Below, piece by piece: positions 9,032-17,754 of a DNA stretch of 64,000 nt. Origin of the DNA: Candidatus Aenigmatarchaeota archaeon (GTDB lineage: Archaea; Aenigmatarchaeota; Aenigmatarchaeia; QMZP01); assembly GCA_043824495.1 (NCBI GenBank), contig JBDRSV010000024.1:91056-155055 (forward strand), in the 5' to 3' direction. The position numbers and the translations under genes were made by a program. Positions within the stretch are counted from its first letter, which is position 1; each line of letters opens with the position of its first letter. The notes beneath the pieces are model-generated. The model was not told the origin of the DNA, did no database searches, and was given only the letters and a program-made list of their open reading frames with translations.

Positions 9032-9622
9032 ATGTCAATATTACTTTTTAATAGATGGGATACGAGCAAAGTTGAAGTCCAAGATCCTAGTCTTAAGAGA
9101 TATGTTAATTTGGAACCTGTTATAGTACCTAGAACTAACGGTAAAATGAGAGGTCAGCACAAATATAAAGTTAATATAGTTGAAAGATTCACAAACAGAC
9201 TCATGGTTAATGGCCATAGAGGAAAAAAACATAAAATCACATCAGGTCATCATGTTGGAAATACAGCAACACTTTTCAATCACATGAAAGCTGCTTTCAC
9301 AGAAATAGAAAACAAGACAAAGAAAGATCCTGTGCAAGTTCTTGTACACGCAATAGAGAATTCTTCAGTAGTTGAAGAGGTTGCTTCTTACAGAATGGGT
9401 GGCATAATGGCTAGAAAAGCTGTTGTAGTGTCTCCTCAGAGAAGGCTAGACCTAGCATTAAGATACCTCACGCAAGGAATCTACAAGAAGAGCTTCAAAA
9501 ACAGGCAACCTCTCTCAAGAGTCATCGCAGATGAGCTCATAGCTGCTGCTAACAACGACACAAAAGTCTTCGCAATCCAAGAGAAAAACAGAATAGAAAG
9601 AGAAGCCGAAGGCGCTAGATAA
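9032..9622 (+). CDS. rps7: 30S ribosomal protein S7
   Basis: NIVERFTNRLMVNGHRGKKHKITSG...VASYRMGG...AIQEKNRIEREAEGAR. Confidence 0.9.
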   Translation: MSILLFNRWDTSKVEVQDPSLKRYVNLEPVIVPRTNGKMRGQHKYKVNIVERFTNRLMVNGHRGKKHKITSGHHVGNTATLFNHMKAAFTEIENKTKKDPVQVLVHAIENSSVVEEVASYRMGGIMARKAVVVSPQRRLDLALRYLTQGIYKKSFKNRQPLSRVIADELIAAANNDTKVFAIQEKNRIEREAEGAR

Positions 9623-9708
9623 TTTTAATGTGCTATTTTTAGTGTCAGTAATTTCGTATAACAGGTAGCTCACACTACTTTTTTCTAAAAATAAAAGAAA
9701 TTGGGTAT

Positions 9709-10134
9709 TTACCCAATGTAATTAGCTTGTCCTGCACCTTGAGGTTTCAAGACTGGGATACCTATTGGTGGTGGTAGCTGTAAATCGTCAGCCATGTAAG
9801 CTATCTTTAGAAGACATCTCCTGAATAAGTGATTCAAGATTTCTATGTTTATTTCTTCTGGTAATTTTTTGTCTTTTTTCCAAGCTTTCATTACTATTGC
9901 TAGTGTTTTTGGAAGATAGATAACTTCTCCGCCTACCTTGATGTCGGCCAAATCAGGTGCATATTTTGTCTCAAACTCGAATGTTACGGACATTCCTTTT
10001 TTGTTAAGTGTTCCGATGTTTACTTCTTTTACACCTATGATTTTTGGTGTTGAGTTTACTTTAATTTCACCCTTAATTGGCTTTGGTTTTTTATTTGCCT
10101 CAAATGAGGTAAATGCGAGTCCTATGATTGGCAT
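9709..10134 (-). CDS. Hypothetical protein
   Basis: 141 aa ORF with backbone composition and no family I can name. A faint SecB-like pattern was not relied on. Confidence 0.45.
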   Translation of the reverse strand: MPIIGLAFTSFEANKKPKPIKGEIKVNSTPKIIGVKEVNIGTLNKKGMSVTFEFETKYAPDLADIKVGGEVIYLPKTLAIVMKAWKKDKKLPEEINIEILNHLFRRCLLKIAYMADDLQLPPPIGIPVLKPQGAGQANYIG

Positions 10135-10248
10135 ACTAATCTCCTTAATATTATGTATACTATTACATATTGTTATTTAAATGCATATTATGCTCTCATT
10201 TACGAATATTTCTTCATATATTTATATTTCCGTACACAAATCTATACT

Positions 10249-10782
10249 ATGAATATTCTCATACCAATGGCAGAGGGCTTTGAGGAAATAGAAGCTATTA
10301 CAGTTATAGATGTTTTCAGGAGAGCTGGAATCAATACTATCAGCGTCGGTCTTCCTGGTACAATGGTCACAGGAGCTCACGGCATCAAAGTTTTTGCTGA
10401 TAAGAGACTTGATGAAGTGAATATAGACGATTTTGATGCTCTTGTTCTTGTTGGTGGAGATCCTGGATACCACAATCTAGGTAAATCACAGAAGATAATA
10501 GAAGCCATCAAGAGGTTTGAAGCAGCAAAGAAACCTGTAGGAGCTATATGTACTGCGCCAGCTATTCTAGGTAAGCTAGGTCTACTAGACGAAAGAAGAG
10601 CAACAATATATCCCGGAATGGAGAGAGAGATACCAAGACCAAGAGGAAACAGAGTCATAGACGATGATAATATAATAACATCACAAGGACCTGGAACAGC
10701 TATGGAATTTGCTATCCAGATTGTGGATAAACTCAAGGGTCCTTCAATAGCGGGTAAGGTAAGAAGGGAACTGGTGGCTTAA
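10249..10782 (+). CDS. DJ-1/PfpI (ThiJ) family protein
   Basis: MNILIPMAEGFEEIEAITVIDVFRRAGI...FDALVLVGG...AICTAP has the nucleophile-elbow Cys. Start moved to ATG 10249. Confidence 0.85.
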   Translation: MNILIPMAEGFEEIEAITVIDVFRRAGINTISVGLPGTMVTGAHGIKVFADKRLDEVNIDDFDALVLVGGDPGYHNLGKSQKIIEAIKRFEAAKKPVGAICTAPAILGKLGLLDERRATIYPGMEREIPRPRGNRVIDDDNIITSQGPGTAMEFAIQIVDKLKGPSIAGKVRRELVA

Positions 10783-11007
10783 ATGAGCGGATTAACTGCA
10801 GCCGAGAAAGAAATTCTAGAAATAATGTCAAAGAGACTTTTAGTAACAACAAGAGAGTTGAACAAATTCTTGAGCTCTGATAAATACAATGGAGGAACTG
10901 ATTTTAGTTTACAGAGACTTGTAGATCAAGGATACTTAGAAAGAGTAGAATCCTTAGGGACAACTGTTGTTGTAACTCAGAAAGGCTTGAGAGCTCTAAA
11001 AGCTTGA
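10783..11007 (+). CDS. Small winged-helix DNA-binding protein
   Basis: 74 aa; LLVTTRELNKFL...LQRLVDQGYLERV is wHTH-like. The start abuts the upstream stop. Confidence 0.5.
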   Translation: MSGLTAAEKEILEIMSKRLLVTTRELNKFLSSDKYNGGTDFSLQRLVDQGYLERVESLGTTVVVTQKGLRALKA

Positions 11008-11070
11008 GTAAAGATCTTTTTATAGTAAAATGACATATATAGAAGTACTTCGATCGAATGATCTTAGAAT

Positions 11071-11234
11071 AGCCCCGTAGTGTAGTGGTCAAAGTTTGAC
11101 AACCTGTGTGCTCGCATGTAGTTGTCTACACGACTAGGCATATCGGGCCTTGGTTTTCGCAACTAAGGATCTGAGCGAGAAATCGCTGTGAAAGAGGATA
11201 CCCGGTGACTGCGGTTCGAATCCGCACGGGGCTA
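11071..11234 (+). tRNA. Intron-containing tRNA, tentatively tRNA-Gln(UUG), with two putative introns (11093-11137 and 11154-11199)
   Basis: The 5' AGCCCCG-TA-GTGT-AGTGGTCAA and 3' TGCGG-TTCGAAT-CCGCA-CGGGGCT-A give acceptor (A1:U72), D and T arms. Removing the two inserts leaves a 73-nt cloverleaf with anticodon loop CCUUGGA. Confidence 0.6.
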
Positions 11235-11266
11235 TCATTTTTATTGTATACTTACAATTATTTCTT

Positions 11267-12952
11267 ATGTATCCACTAGAAAAGTTCAGAGACGATATTA
11301 AATCAGTGATAGCTGAATACAAAAAGATAAAGAAAGATGAAGTTGTTTTAGCAAAACCTCCTCAAGGTATTCCAGCAGATTTAGCCTATCCATGTTTTGG
11401 CTTGGCTAAAAGAGAAAAAAGAGATCCAGTAGAATTTGCTCTCACAACAGTGGAGAAAATAAAACCTAGAGGATTGATATCCAGAATAGAAGCTAATGGT
11501 CCATACATAAACTTCTATGCAGACTGGAGTAAGATGGGAAGCTTAGTTTTGAATGGAATAATAAAAGAAAAAAACGCTTATGGTAAAGGAAAGAAAAAGA
11601 ATAAGATTCTAGTGGAACACACTTCAGCCAATCCAGATGGTCCTTTACATCTAGGTCATTTCAGAAACACTGTTATAGGAGACTCTTTAGCAAGAATATT
11701 ACGATTCTATGGTCATGAAGTAAAAACAGATTTCTATGTAAATGATACAGGAAGACAAATAACTCTAGCTTCTTGGATGTATTTACAAAATGAGCCTAAA
11801 CCTAAAGGTAAGCTAGATTGGTGGGTTTATGACTTGTATTTCAAATGTAACCAGAAATTGAAAACCAATCCAAGTATAGAAAATGAAATAACAGATATGA
11901 TGCTTAAGTTTGAAAATGGAGATAAAGAACTAAGAAAAACACATGAGTTCATAGTTGATCAATGCTTGAAGGGGCATAAAGAAACTCTAGAAAGCATTGG
12001 AATTAAAATCGATAGATTCTCAAAGGAAAGCGAATTCCTATTCACTGGAAAAGTTGATGATGTTTTGAAGAAGATACTCAAAACAAAGGAAGGAAAATCG
12101 TCTGGTAAAAGAGTATGGGTTGACTTGAAACAATTCAAAATAGAAAGAGAATTCACTCTAACAAGATCTGATGGAACAACAATTTATCCAGCAAGAGATT
12201 TGGCATATCATGCAGACAAGTTTGAAAGAGCAGATCAAAACATAAATATTATAGGAACAGATCAGAAATTTTACTTCAAGCAGTTAACATCAACTCTTGG
12301 TTTACTATTTCCAAAGAAAACAGAGAATTATCATGTTTTGTTTTATGAGTTTTTGCTGTTGCCAGAAGGAACAATGTCTACACGTTTAGGTAAATTTATT
12401 TCAGTTGATGAACTTGTAAAGAAATTTACAGAAACTGCAAGAAAAAGTATAGAAATAAAAAATCCAAAATACTCAACTAAATTCAAGGATGATATAGCTA
12501 AGATGGTTGGTATAGGTGCATTGAAGTATGCAATGATAAAAGTTTCGCCTGAGAAAACATATTCTTTCAGTGTGGATGACAGCCTAAATTTCGAAGGTAA
12601 CACGGCACCTTATATTCAATATACTCATGCAAGAGCTTCTTCGATACTTCAGAAAGCTGGTAGTAGCAAACATGTAATCAAGTATATAGGAGAAGAAGAG
12701 AAACAAGTCATGAACAAGTTAATGGAATTCCCATATGCAGTGAAAAGAGCTTCTAAAGAATATAGACCACACATAATAGCTAACTATGCATATGATCTAG
12801 CAACGTCTTTCAATAACTTCTATCACTCGGTTCCTGTACTGAAAGCAGAAAAAGACTTAATAGGAACAAGACTAGCTATAGTAAAAGCTGCTCAGATAGT
12901 TTTGAAAACAAGTCTAGATCTTCTAGGTATAGAAGCACCTGATAAGATGTAG
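11267..12952 (+). CDS. argS: Arginine--tRNA ligase
   Basis: HTSANPDGPLHLGHFRNTVIGD (class I HIGH region typical of ArgRS). 561 aa with a C-terminal anticodon-binding-like region. Confidence 0.9.
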   Translation: MYPLEKFRDDIKSVIAEYKKIKKDEVVLAKPPQGIPADLAYPCFGLAKREKRDPVEFALTTVEKIKPRGLISRIEANGPYINFYADWSKMGSLVLNGIIKEKNAYGKGKKKNKILVEHTSANPDGPLHLGHFRNTVIGDSLARILRFYGHEVKTDFYVNDTGRQITLASWMYLQNEPKPKGKLDWWVYDLYFKCNQKLKTNPSIENEITDMMLKFENGDKELRKTHEFIVDQCLKGHKETLESIGIKIDRFSKESEFLFTGKVDDVLKKILKTKEGKSSGKRVWVDLKQFKIEREFTLTRSDGTTIYPARDLAYHADKFERADQNINIIGTDQKFYFKQLTSTLGLLFPKKTENYHVLFYEFLLLPEGTMSTRLGKFISVDELVKKFTETARKSIEIKNPKYSTKFKDDIAKMVGIGALKYAMIKVSPEKTYSFSVDDSLNFEGNTAPYIQYTHARASSILQKAGSSKHVIKYIGEEEKQVMNKLMEFPYAVKRASKEYRPHIIANYAYDLATSFNNFYHSVPVLKAEKDLIGTRLAIVKAAQIVLKTSLDLLGIEAPDKM

Positions 12953-13083
12953 AGTGATTAAACGGTAAGCATAATCAAGCTAATAGCACTTATTATAATT
13001 ATTTATTTAGTAGTTTCTATTTTCCAATGTTACTGGCCTGCGAGTATGCTTGAAGAAGTCTTATGTATTTATGGTCCACTATT

Positions 13084-13614
13084 CTAGACACTATTCCACA
13101 ATCTCTGAATTAGTTGATTCATTGTAATCTTTTTCTGGAACAGTTCTTTTACATCATTCTTTTCAATCTGCACTCTTATCTGTGCCTTATTCTCTAAATC
13201 ATTCTTATAAGATTCAACTCTTGCAACTAACTCTGGTTTTATCGCTTCATTTTCAGCTTCTACTGCAAATTTTCTTACAAAAGAAGCATCCATAGCTAAA
13301 AGATCATTTGCAATTCGTTCTCTGTAAAGAGACTTAACCATTTTTGTTATTGTAGCTGCTTTTTCTACAGTAGCTGAATCAGATGCTTTCTGTACCACAA
13401 AAGCTTCTACACTCCCTGCACTAACAGGAACAGCTTCTTCTATACCTAAAGTATCTCTGTAAATACTCTCTTTCTGTGCAGATGTTGTAGCTTGATGTTT
13501 TATTACATCAGATGATCTTATGTCTACTAGAGCAAATCTTCCAGAAGCTTGTACAAGAGACATTGATAAAACTAACAAAATTCCAATTATCATCAAAGTT
13601 AATTTATAGTTCAT
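13084..13614 (-). CDS. Hypothetical secreted protein
   Basis: N-terminal signal/TM MNYKLTLMIIGILLVLSMSLVQA. Confidence 0.5.
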   Translation of the reverse strand: MNYKLTLMIIGILLVLSMSLVQASGRFALVDIRSSDVIKHQATTSAQKESIYRDTLGIEEAVPVSAGSVEAFVVQKASDSATVEKAATITKMVKSLYRERIANDLLAMDASFVRKFAVEAENEAIKPELVARVESYKNDLENKAQIRVQIEKNDVKELFQKKITMNQLIQRLWNSV

Positions 13615-14410
13615 TGAACCACTCCGTTAATTTTATTGAGTGTGCTGGATATGTTTTATCCACCACCAATATTTTTTTCTTCTCTAAATTCTTAAGCGCC
13701 GCTGCAAGACTAGATTTTGATATTCCCGATTTCTTTTCCAGTTCACTTCTCCTGATAACTCCTTTATTTTCTACGACTATATTTACAATCTTCTTTTCAT
13801 TCACTGATAATGTTTTTATGACCGATTCCTTTTTGGATAACCCTGGTTTCATTTTGTGTATGATTAATCCAATTCCAATGATTATGATAATACCAATAGC
13901 TGCAAACACGAATATAATTGGGTCGGTAGTCTTTGGTAGTTCCTTTTCAAATGAATATGATATTTCAATTGAGTTTATTCCTGCCCACCGAAGTTCTGTT
14001 ATATCTCCAGTTTGTATGTAAGCTGAAGGATTTGATGAAATTATTTTTGTGTTGTCAGGCATCAAAATAACAATGTTGTTATTTTGTAATCCTGTATCCA
14101 TATTGAATTTCCAGTTACCGTCTGTTTTTGATGTGAGTAGAGATGTTGTGTACAAAACAACAGCTTCTCTAGTTTCTCCAATTGACACTTCTATATAATC
14201 ATCATGCACTAGATGCAACCCGCCTCTTACTAGTACCTCATCCACATCTGCTGGGATTGGTAGACGATAAATACCTGATCCTGTTATTGTTATGCTTACT
14301 AATGTGTTTCCATTATCTTCTATGATTATGTAATATTCGGTTGCTTCTTGCGCATACACTGTCGGTATCAGCGCGAGCAATCCTATCATGATCAGCAATA
14401 CAACTTTCAT
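13604..14410 (-). CDS. Membrane-anchored protein with extracellular domain and C-terminal winged-helix domain
   Basis: Signal peptide, central TM (IIFVFAAIGIIIIIGIGLII), then IVNIVVENKGVIRRSELEKKSGISKSSLAAALKNLEKKKIL (wHTH-like). Confidence 0.55.
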   Translation of the reverse strand: MKVVLLIMIGLLALIPTVYAQEATEYYIIIEDNGNTLVSITITGSGIYRLPIPADVDEVLVRGGLHLVHDDYIEVSIGETREAVVLYTTSLLTSKTDGNWKFNMDTGLQNNNIVILMPDNTKIISSNPSAYIQTGDITELRWAGINSIEISYSFEKELPKTTDPIIFVFAAIGIIIIIGIGLIIHKMKPGLSKKESVIKTLSVNEKKIVNIVVENKGVIRRSELEKKSGISKSSLAAALKNLEKKKILVVDKTYPAHSIKLTEWFNEL

Positions 14411-14475
14411 ACATGAAAGTTAATTTTTGCCTACTTAAATATGACCTGGGGGAAGGGTTCCCCAGGTATATAATT

Positions 14476-15171
14476 TTACCAGTAAAGACCTGGTCCGAAT
14501 GGGCCGATTGGTACTTCTATTGGTTTATTTGGTTTAGGTTGTGGTGTGTTCCACTCTTCAGGGAACCCTGGTCCTATACCACAGTCCCCGCATACTGCTA
14601 TTCGTGGGAATACTTTGTATTCACCGTATGAATAGTCTCCGTAGATATCCATGGCTTTCCAGTGATTTCCACTGTACCAACCAAAGAAGAGCTCATCTTC
14701 ATAGAAGCCAGCGAATTTGTGGTTCTCATAAATTCCCCATACTTTGACTCCATTATTATCTTCACCAACAAAATATCCATTTGCGTATGTTCCCCATATA
14801 ACATTTTCTCCGTCATGTGTCCATAGAATAAATCTATGTGGTCCTGTGTAGTAGGGCATTGTTTCTCCTGTTGTATCAGAAGATCCTGTACTTGGAGCTT
14901 CCATTTTGTCTACTGTAGCTTCGTAACTTGAAGGTATAGAAGCTGTAGCTTCTGTTTTAAACTCTTCTAGCTTATCTGCTACATTCGTTTTCACGATTTC
15001 TATATGCTCTGTGTTCACGCTGTTAGCGAATCCAAATCCCCTCTTCATATCATTCAGTTTCTGAATAAGAGGTTCATAATCCTCGCTTGAAACAGCTTGT
15101 GTTGAGGCAATTCCTAGTGCCAATACTGACACGAAAACAATTGCCATAATATATTTGGTGTCCATTTTCAC
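14476..15171 (-). CDS. Hypothetical secreted protein, Tyr/Gly/Trp-rich repeats
   Basis: Signal peptide MKMDTKYIMAIVFVSVLALGIAS, with repeated GxY/WG motifs. Confidence 0.5.
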   Translation of the reverse strand: MKMDTKYIMAIVFVSVLALGIASTQAVSSEDYEPLIQKLNDMKRGFGFANSVNTEHIEIVKTNVADKLEEFKTEATASIPSSYEATVDKMEAPSTGSSDTTGETMPYYTGPHRFILWTHDGENVIWGTYANGYFVGEDNNGVKVWGIYENHKFAGFYEDELFFGWYSGNHWKAMDIYGDYSYGEYKVFPRIAVCGDCGIGPGFPEEWNTPQPKPNKPIEVPIGPFGPGLYW

Positions 15172-15240
15172 ACCCCCTTGACATCACCAAGGAATGAACA
15201 GGATATAAAGACCATACCGAACAAAAGTGAACAATCATGT

Positions 15241-15264
15241 TATATCCCTCTAATTAGACAATAT
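15241..15264 (+). repeat. Junction motif copy b (TATATCCCTCTAATTAGACAATAT)
   Basis: Read directly from the sequence. AT-rich on the left, GC-richer block I2 on the right. Confidence 0.9.
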
Positions 15265-15267
15265 AAA

Positions 15268-15298
15268 ACAATCAGGTGCCGAGTGCACACCTAATTGT
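15268..15298 (-). terminator. Imperfect hairpin downstream of the last gene of block I2
   Basis: ACAATCAGGTG (15268-15278) pairs with CACCTAATTGT (15288-15298) with one mismatch. On the gene strand it is followed by TTTATATT. Confidence 0.5.
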
Positions 15299-15315
15299 CC
15301 TTGCCAATCCTCTTC

Positions 15316-16422
15316 TCATCTCAGCTTCAAAAACGCTATATGAGGTGCAGGCAGCCACTTGACTAACGATTCAGTCCAAGAGAAAGACCATTTCAGCTTC
15401 TTCTTCATCTCGTGAACCTTCATACATTTCACCGAGACTAGATTCCAGTTCAGGATGCCGAAAGCTGTGCCCAAGAGACCACCGACAAGCATAACGAAGC
15501 CCTGTCCTACAAGATCCATTCCGGCGGAGGAAACGAGAAATTTGTAAGCGAGAAATCCGCCCAAGACTCCGTCAACTGCACACAACACTCTCTGGAAACA
15601 GTGAACCATCTTGATGATGTTCCAGATAAACTGACCGATAAATGTGAGGACCACCGAGATGCACACCAAGACAACGAAAATGACGGTCAGTGCAGTGAGA
15701 ATTGGGTACCAGACAGAAAGTAGAAGCAAACTGAAGAGAATGTATCCCATCGCGTTGAGATACCCGAGTTTTATTTCTCGGCGGTTCTTCTCCTCAAGGA
15801 AATACCTCCTTCTTAACACACCGATGTCGTATTTTTGGTCCGTGTGTCTGCTTATTCCGAGAGCCTCCCCAATACTCTTATAGTTGTACAAAACGTCTTC
15901 CCCGCTAGCGTCTTTCTTATCGACCATCATGAAAGGATAGAAGAACCTTCCGCGATCACGACTTCCAACAAAAGCGAGGAAAGAAAGAACGCCGGAAAAG
16001 ATCACAACACAGGCACCAGAGAGCGCCAACAGAAGAATGCTGCTGAGAGCGAGTTGAAGGATGTTCAGTGTTTCAGCATCTGCGAAAAGACCGGAAAATA
16101 TGTGATGTGCTGGCCACAAGCCGAGCACAAGACTCGGAAAAAGGAACGGGTGTGGCTTCGAGCATAACCAGTCCTTGGCTTTTCCGTAGTTGTCTCTGAT
16201 ATAAAACGGCCAAGTTCCGATATCATCCAACATCTCTCCGAGCATCACTTGGATCGCTTTGGCCACCTCACGGAGGTCGTAACCAAAATAACCAGCTGCT
16301 CCGCCGGCCAGGAAAGCAGCAACCCACATGTACAACTTGTCCGGCATCAGCCACATGGCAGTTGCACAGAACACGATGCCTCCAATGAAGCATCCGATTC
16401 CGATCTTCATCCAATCTTTCAT
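15316..16422 (-). CDS. Hypothetical polytopic membrane protein
   Basis: 368 aa with multiple hydrophobic helices. No family recognised. Confidence 0.6.
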   Translation of the reverse strand: MKDWMKIGIGCFIGGIVFCATAMWLMPDKLYMWVAAFLAGGAAGYFGYDLREVAKAIQVMLGEMLDDIGTWPFYIRDNYGKAKDWLCSKPHPFLFPSLVLGLWPAHHIFSGLFADAETLNILQLALSSILLLALSGACVVIFSGVLSFLAFVGSRDRGRFFYPFMMVDKKDASGEDVLYNYKSIGEALGISRHTDQKYDIGVLRRRYFLEEKNRREIKLGYLNAMGYILFSLLLLSVWYPILTALTVIFVVLVCISVVLTFIGQFIWNIIKMVHCFQRVLCAVDGVLGGFLAYKFLVSSAGMDLVGQGFVMLVGGLLGTAFGILNWNLVSVKCMKVHEMKKKLKWSFSWTESLVKWLPAPHIAFLKLR

Positions 16423-16489
16423 GGCGAAAATCTCCTTCTCGTTGTATTTCTTTGTTTATAGTTATCGTCCTAGAATTAATTCAAAACAA

Positions 16490-17041
16490 TCATATCTGCA
16501 AAGGTTCAAGCAGATACATCAGACTTCGGTCTCGTAATTCTGTCCTCTTATAAGGAGGGAGATCTATGAGACAAAGACTGGAAATACTCACGTGCATGGT
16601 TTGATACTTGGTTTCGTCTGCTTGGTACATTCCCGTAAAGATTATATTATTCAGGACAAACCCGGAAACTACTGTCCAGATCCAGAATGCCATCCATCCA
16701 TCGTACAAGAAGACGCTGGCAATCGCTGAAATGATTGCACCCACTGCGAGAACACCTACCTCAAAGAGAAGCATCGTAAAGATATCTCCCACGGGGTCGT
16801 TTTTGTCCTCTTCCCACCAATCCTCCATGACGAGTTCGTGGATAATCATGTCAATGAGATTCTGCCTGTTCTGCATTTTCTCGTGGTAGGCTATGAAACG
16901 AGTTGGTTGACGAATGTTGTGCCAGATGATCAATCCAATTGGCACCCAGATGACTGCTGTAGTGACAAGCAGCCAGAGAACTACTCTAGTTTCCATGTCC
17001 CCTCCAGGATTGATTGTTAGAAAAAATACTAGTATAATCAC
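16490..17041 (-). CDS. Hypothetical membrane protein
   Basis: 183 aa with about 4 TM helices and a GTG start at 17039-17041. Confidence 0.5.
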   Translation of the reverse strand: MIILVFFLTINPGGDMETRVVLWLLVTTAVIWVPIGLIIWHNIRQPTRFIAYHEKMQNRQNLIDMIIHELVMEDWWEEDKNDPVGDIFTMLLFEVGVLAVGAIISAIASVFLYDGWMAFWIWTVVSGFVLNNIIFTGMYQADETKYQTMHVSISSLCLIDLPPYKRTELRDRSLMYLLEPLQI

Positions 17042-17221
17042 TCTCGTTAATTGACATTTCTGTCTTTCGTTGTCGTAGAGTATTGATTCCTAAATTACAG
17101 ATGATGACTTTACCTCGAACAAGAATCTTGTGCCAGGTGCTAAAAGTTGTCAGCGATGATAAATGTGGAACATGATGCATAGAATTTAACCTAAAATTTT
17201 ATAAACCTATACAAAACCTTT

Positions 17222-17244
17222 TTATACCTCTTAATTGACAATAT
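17222..17244 (+). repeat. Junction motif copy c, divergent (TTATACCTCTTAATTGACAATAT)
   Basis: 18 of 22 positions match copy b in my ungapped alignment. Lies 5 nt upstream of ATG 17250. Confidence 0.65.
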
Positions 17245-17249
17245 ATAGT

Positions 17250-17639
17250 ATGAAGAAAAAAGCAAAGAGGACCACAAAGAAAACAGTGAAAAAACCAGTC
17301 AAGAAAATAAAAATAGAAAAGAGAGTAACACCAAAACCAAAAAAAGAAGAGAAAATTAAATGTCCTTATTGTAAGAGTTCTAGAGTGGTTTGGAGAGGAT
17401 ATAGATACAACGAAAAGACTGACAAGCACTTAAGATTATGTAACAACTGTAAGAGAAAGTTCACAAAAAGAGACGAGTTCTTCCGTATGAGATTCGGTGA
17501 AGAAGAGATAAAAAGAGCTGTGGAATTATACAAGAAAGGTTATTCTTCTGCAGAAGTAGTTCAGAACCTGAAAAGAAATCATGGAATAAAGGTTTCAAGA
17601 TGGACTGTGATCTGTTGGCATAAGAGATACACTAAGTAA
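17250..17639 (+). CDS. Zinc-ribbon plus HTH protein, IS1 InsA-like / transposase N-terminal-domain-like, without a catalytic domain
   Basis: Lys-rich N-terminus, CPYCKS...LCNNCKRKF (CxxC...CxxC), then GYSSAEVVQNLKRNHGIKVSRWTVICWHKRY (HTH-like). AT-rich backbone composition. Confidence 0.6.
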   Translation: MKKKAKRTTKKTVKKPVKKIKIEKRVTPKPKKEEKIKCPYCKSSRVVWRGYRYNEKTDKHLRLCNNCKRKFTKRDEFFRMRFGEEEIKRAVELYKKGYSSAEVVQNLKRNHGIKVSRWTVICWHKRYTK

Positions 17640-17659
17640 TTATTTTTTTTATCAGTTAT

Positions 17660-17681
17660 TATATCCCTTTAAATGGACAAT
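17660..17681 (+). repeat. Junction motif copy d (TATATCCCTTTAAATGGACAAT)
   Basis: Read directly from the sequence. A T-run lies upstream and GC-rich block I3 lies downstream. Confidence 0.9.
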
Positions 17682-17686
17682 GCAAA

Positions 17687-17723
17687 GGGAGAGGTGCAGT
17701 ATTCCACATCTGCACACTCTCCC
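17687..17723 (-). terminator. Imperfect hairpin downstream of the T9SS-domain gene
   Basis: GGGAGAGGTGCAG (17687-17699) pairs with CTGCACACTCTCCC (17710-17723), with mismatches. Confidence 0.5.
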
Positions 17724-17754
17724 ACCACATCACCTTTTCAGGCTTTGCAGATTT

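Larger units (their letters stand above)
15265..17221. other. GC-richer block I2 (two membrane-protein genes, minus strand)
   Basis: Sample lines 15361-15480 hand-counted at 42-50% GC. Flanked by same-orientation motif copies b and c. Confidence 0.55.

Noticed and set aside
9709-10134. SecB-like chaperone assignment for the 141-aa protein
   Set aside because: The resemblance is limited to a loose pattern near the C-terminus, which is insufficient without a profile search.
10153-10248. N-terminal extension of the DJ-1/PfpI ORF (MYTITYCYLNAYYALIYEYFF...)
   Set aside because: It is a Tyr/Ile/Phe-rich translation of AT-rich promoter DNA. The family-typical sequence starts at ATG 10249.
11134-11322. 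62-aa minus-strand ORF
   Set aside because: It overlaps the tRNA gene and the argS start, so it is spurious.
13512-14021. 169-aa plus-strand ORF
   Set aside because: It is antisense to the 13604..14410 gene, and its translation is a low-complexity F/I/S-rich string typical of AT-rich antisense frames.
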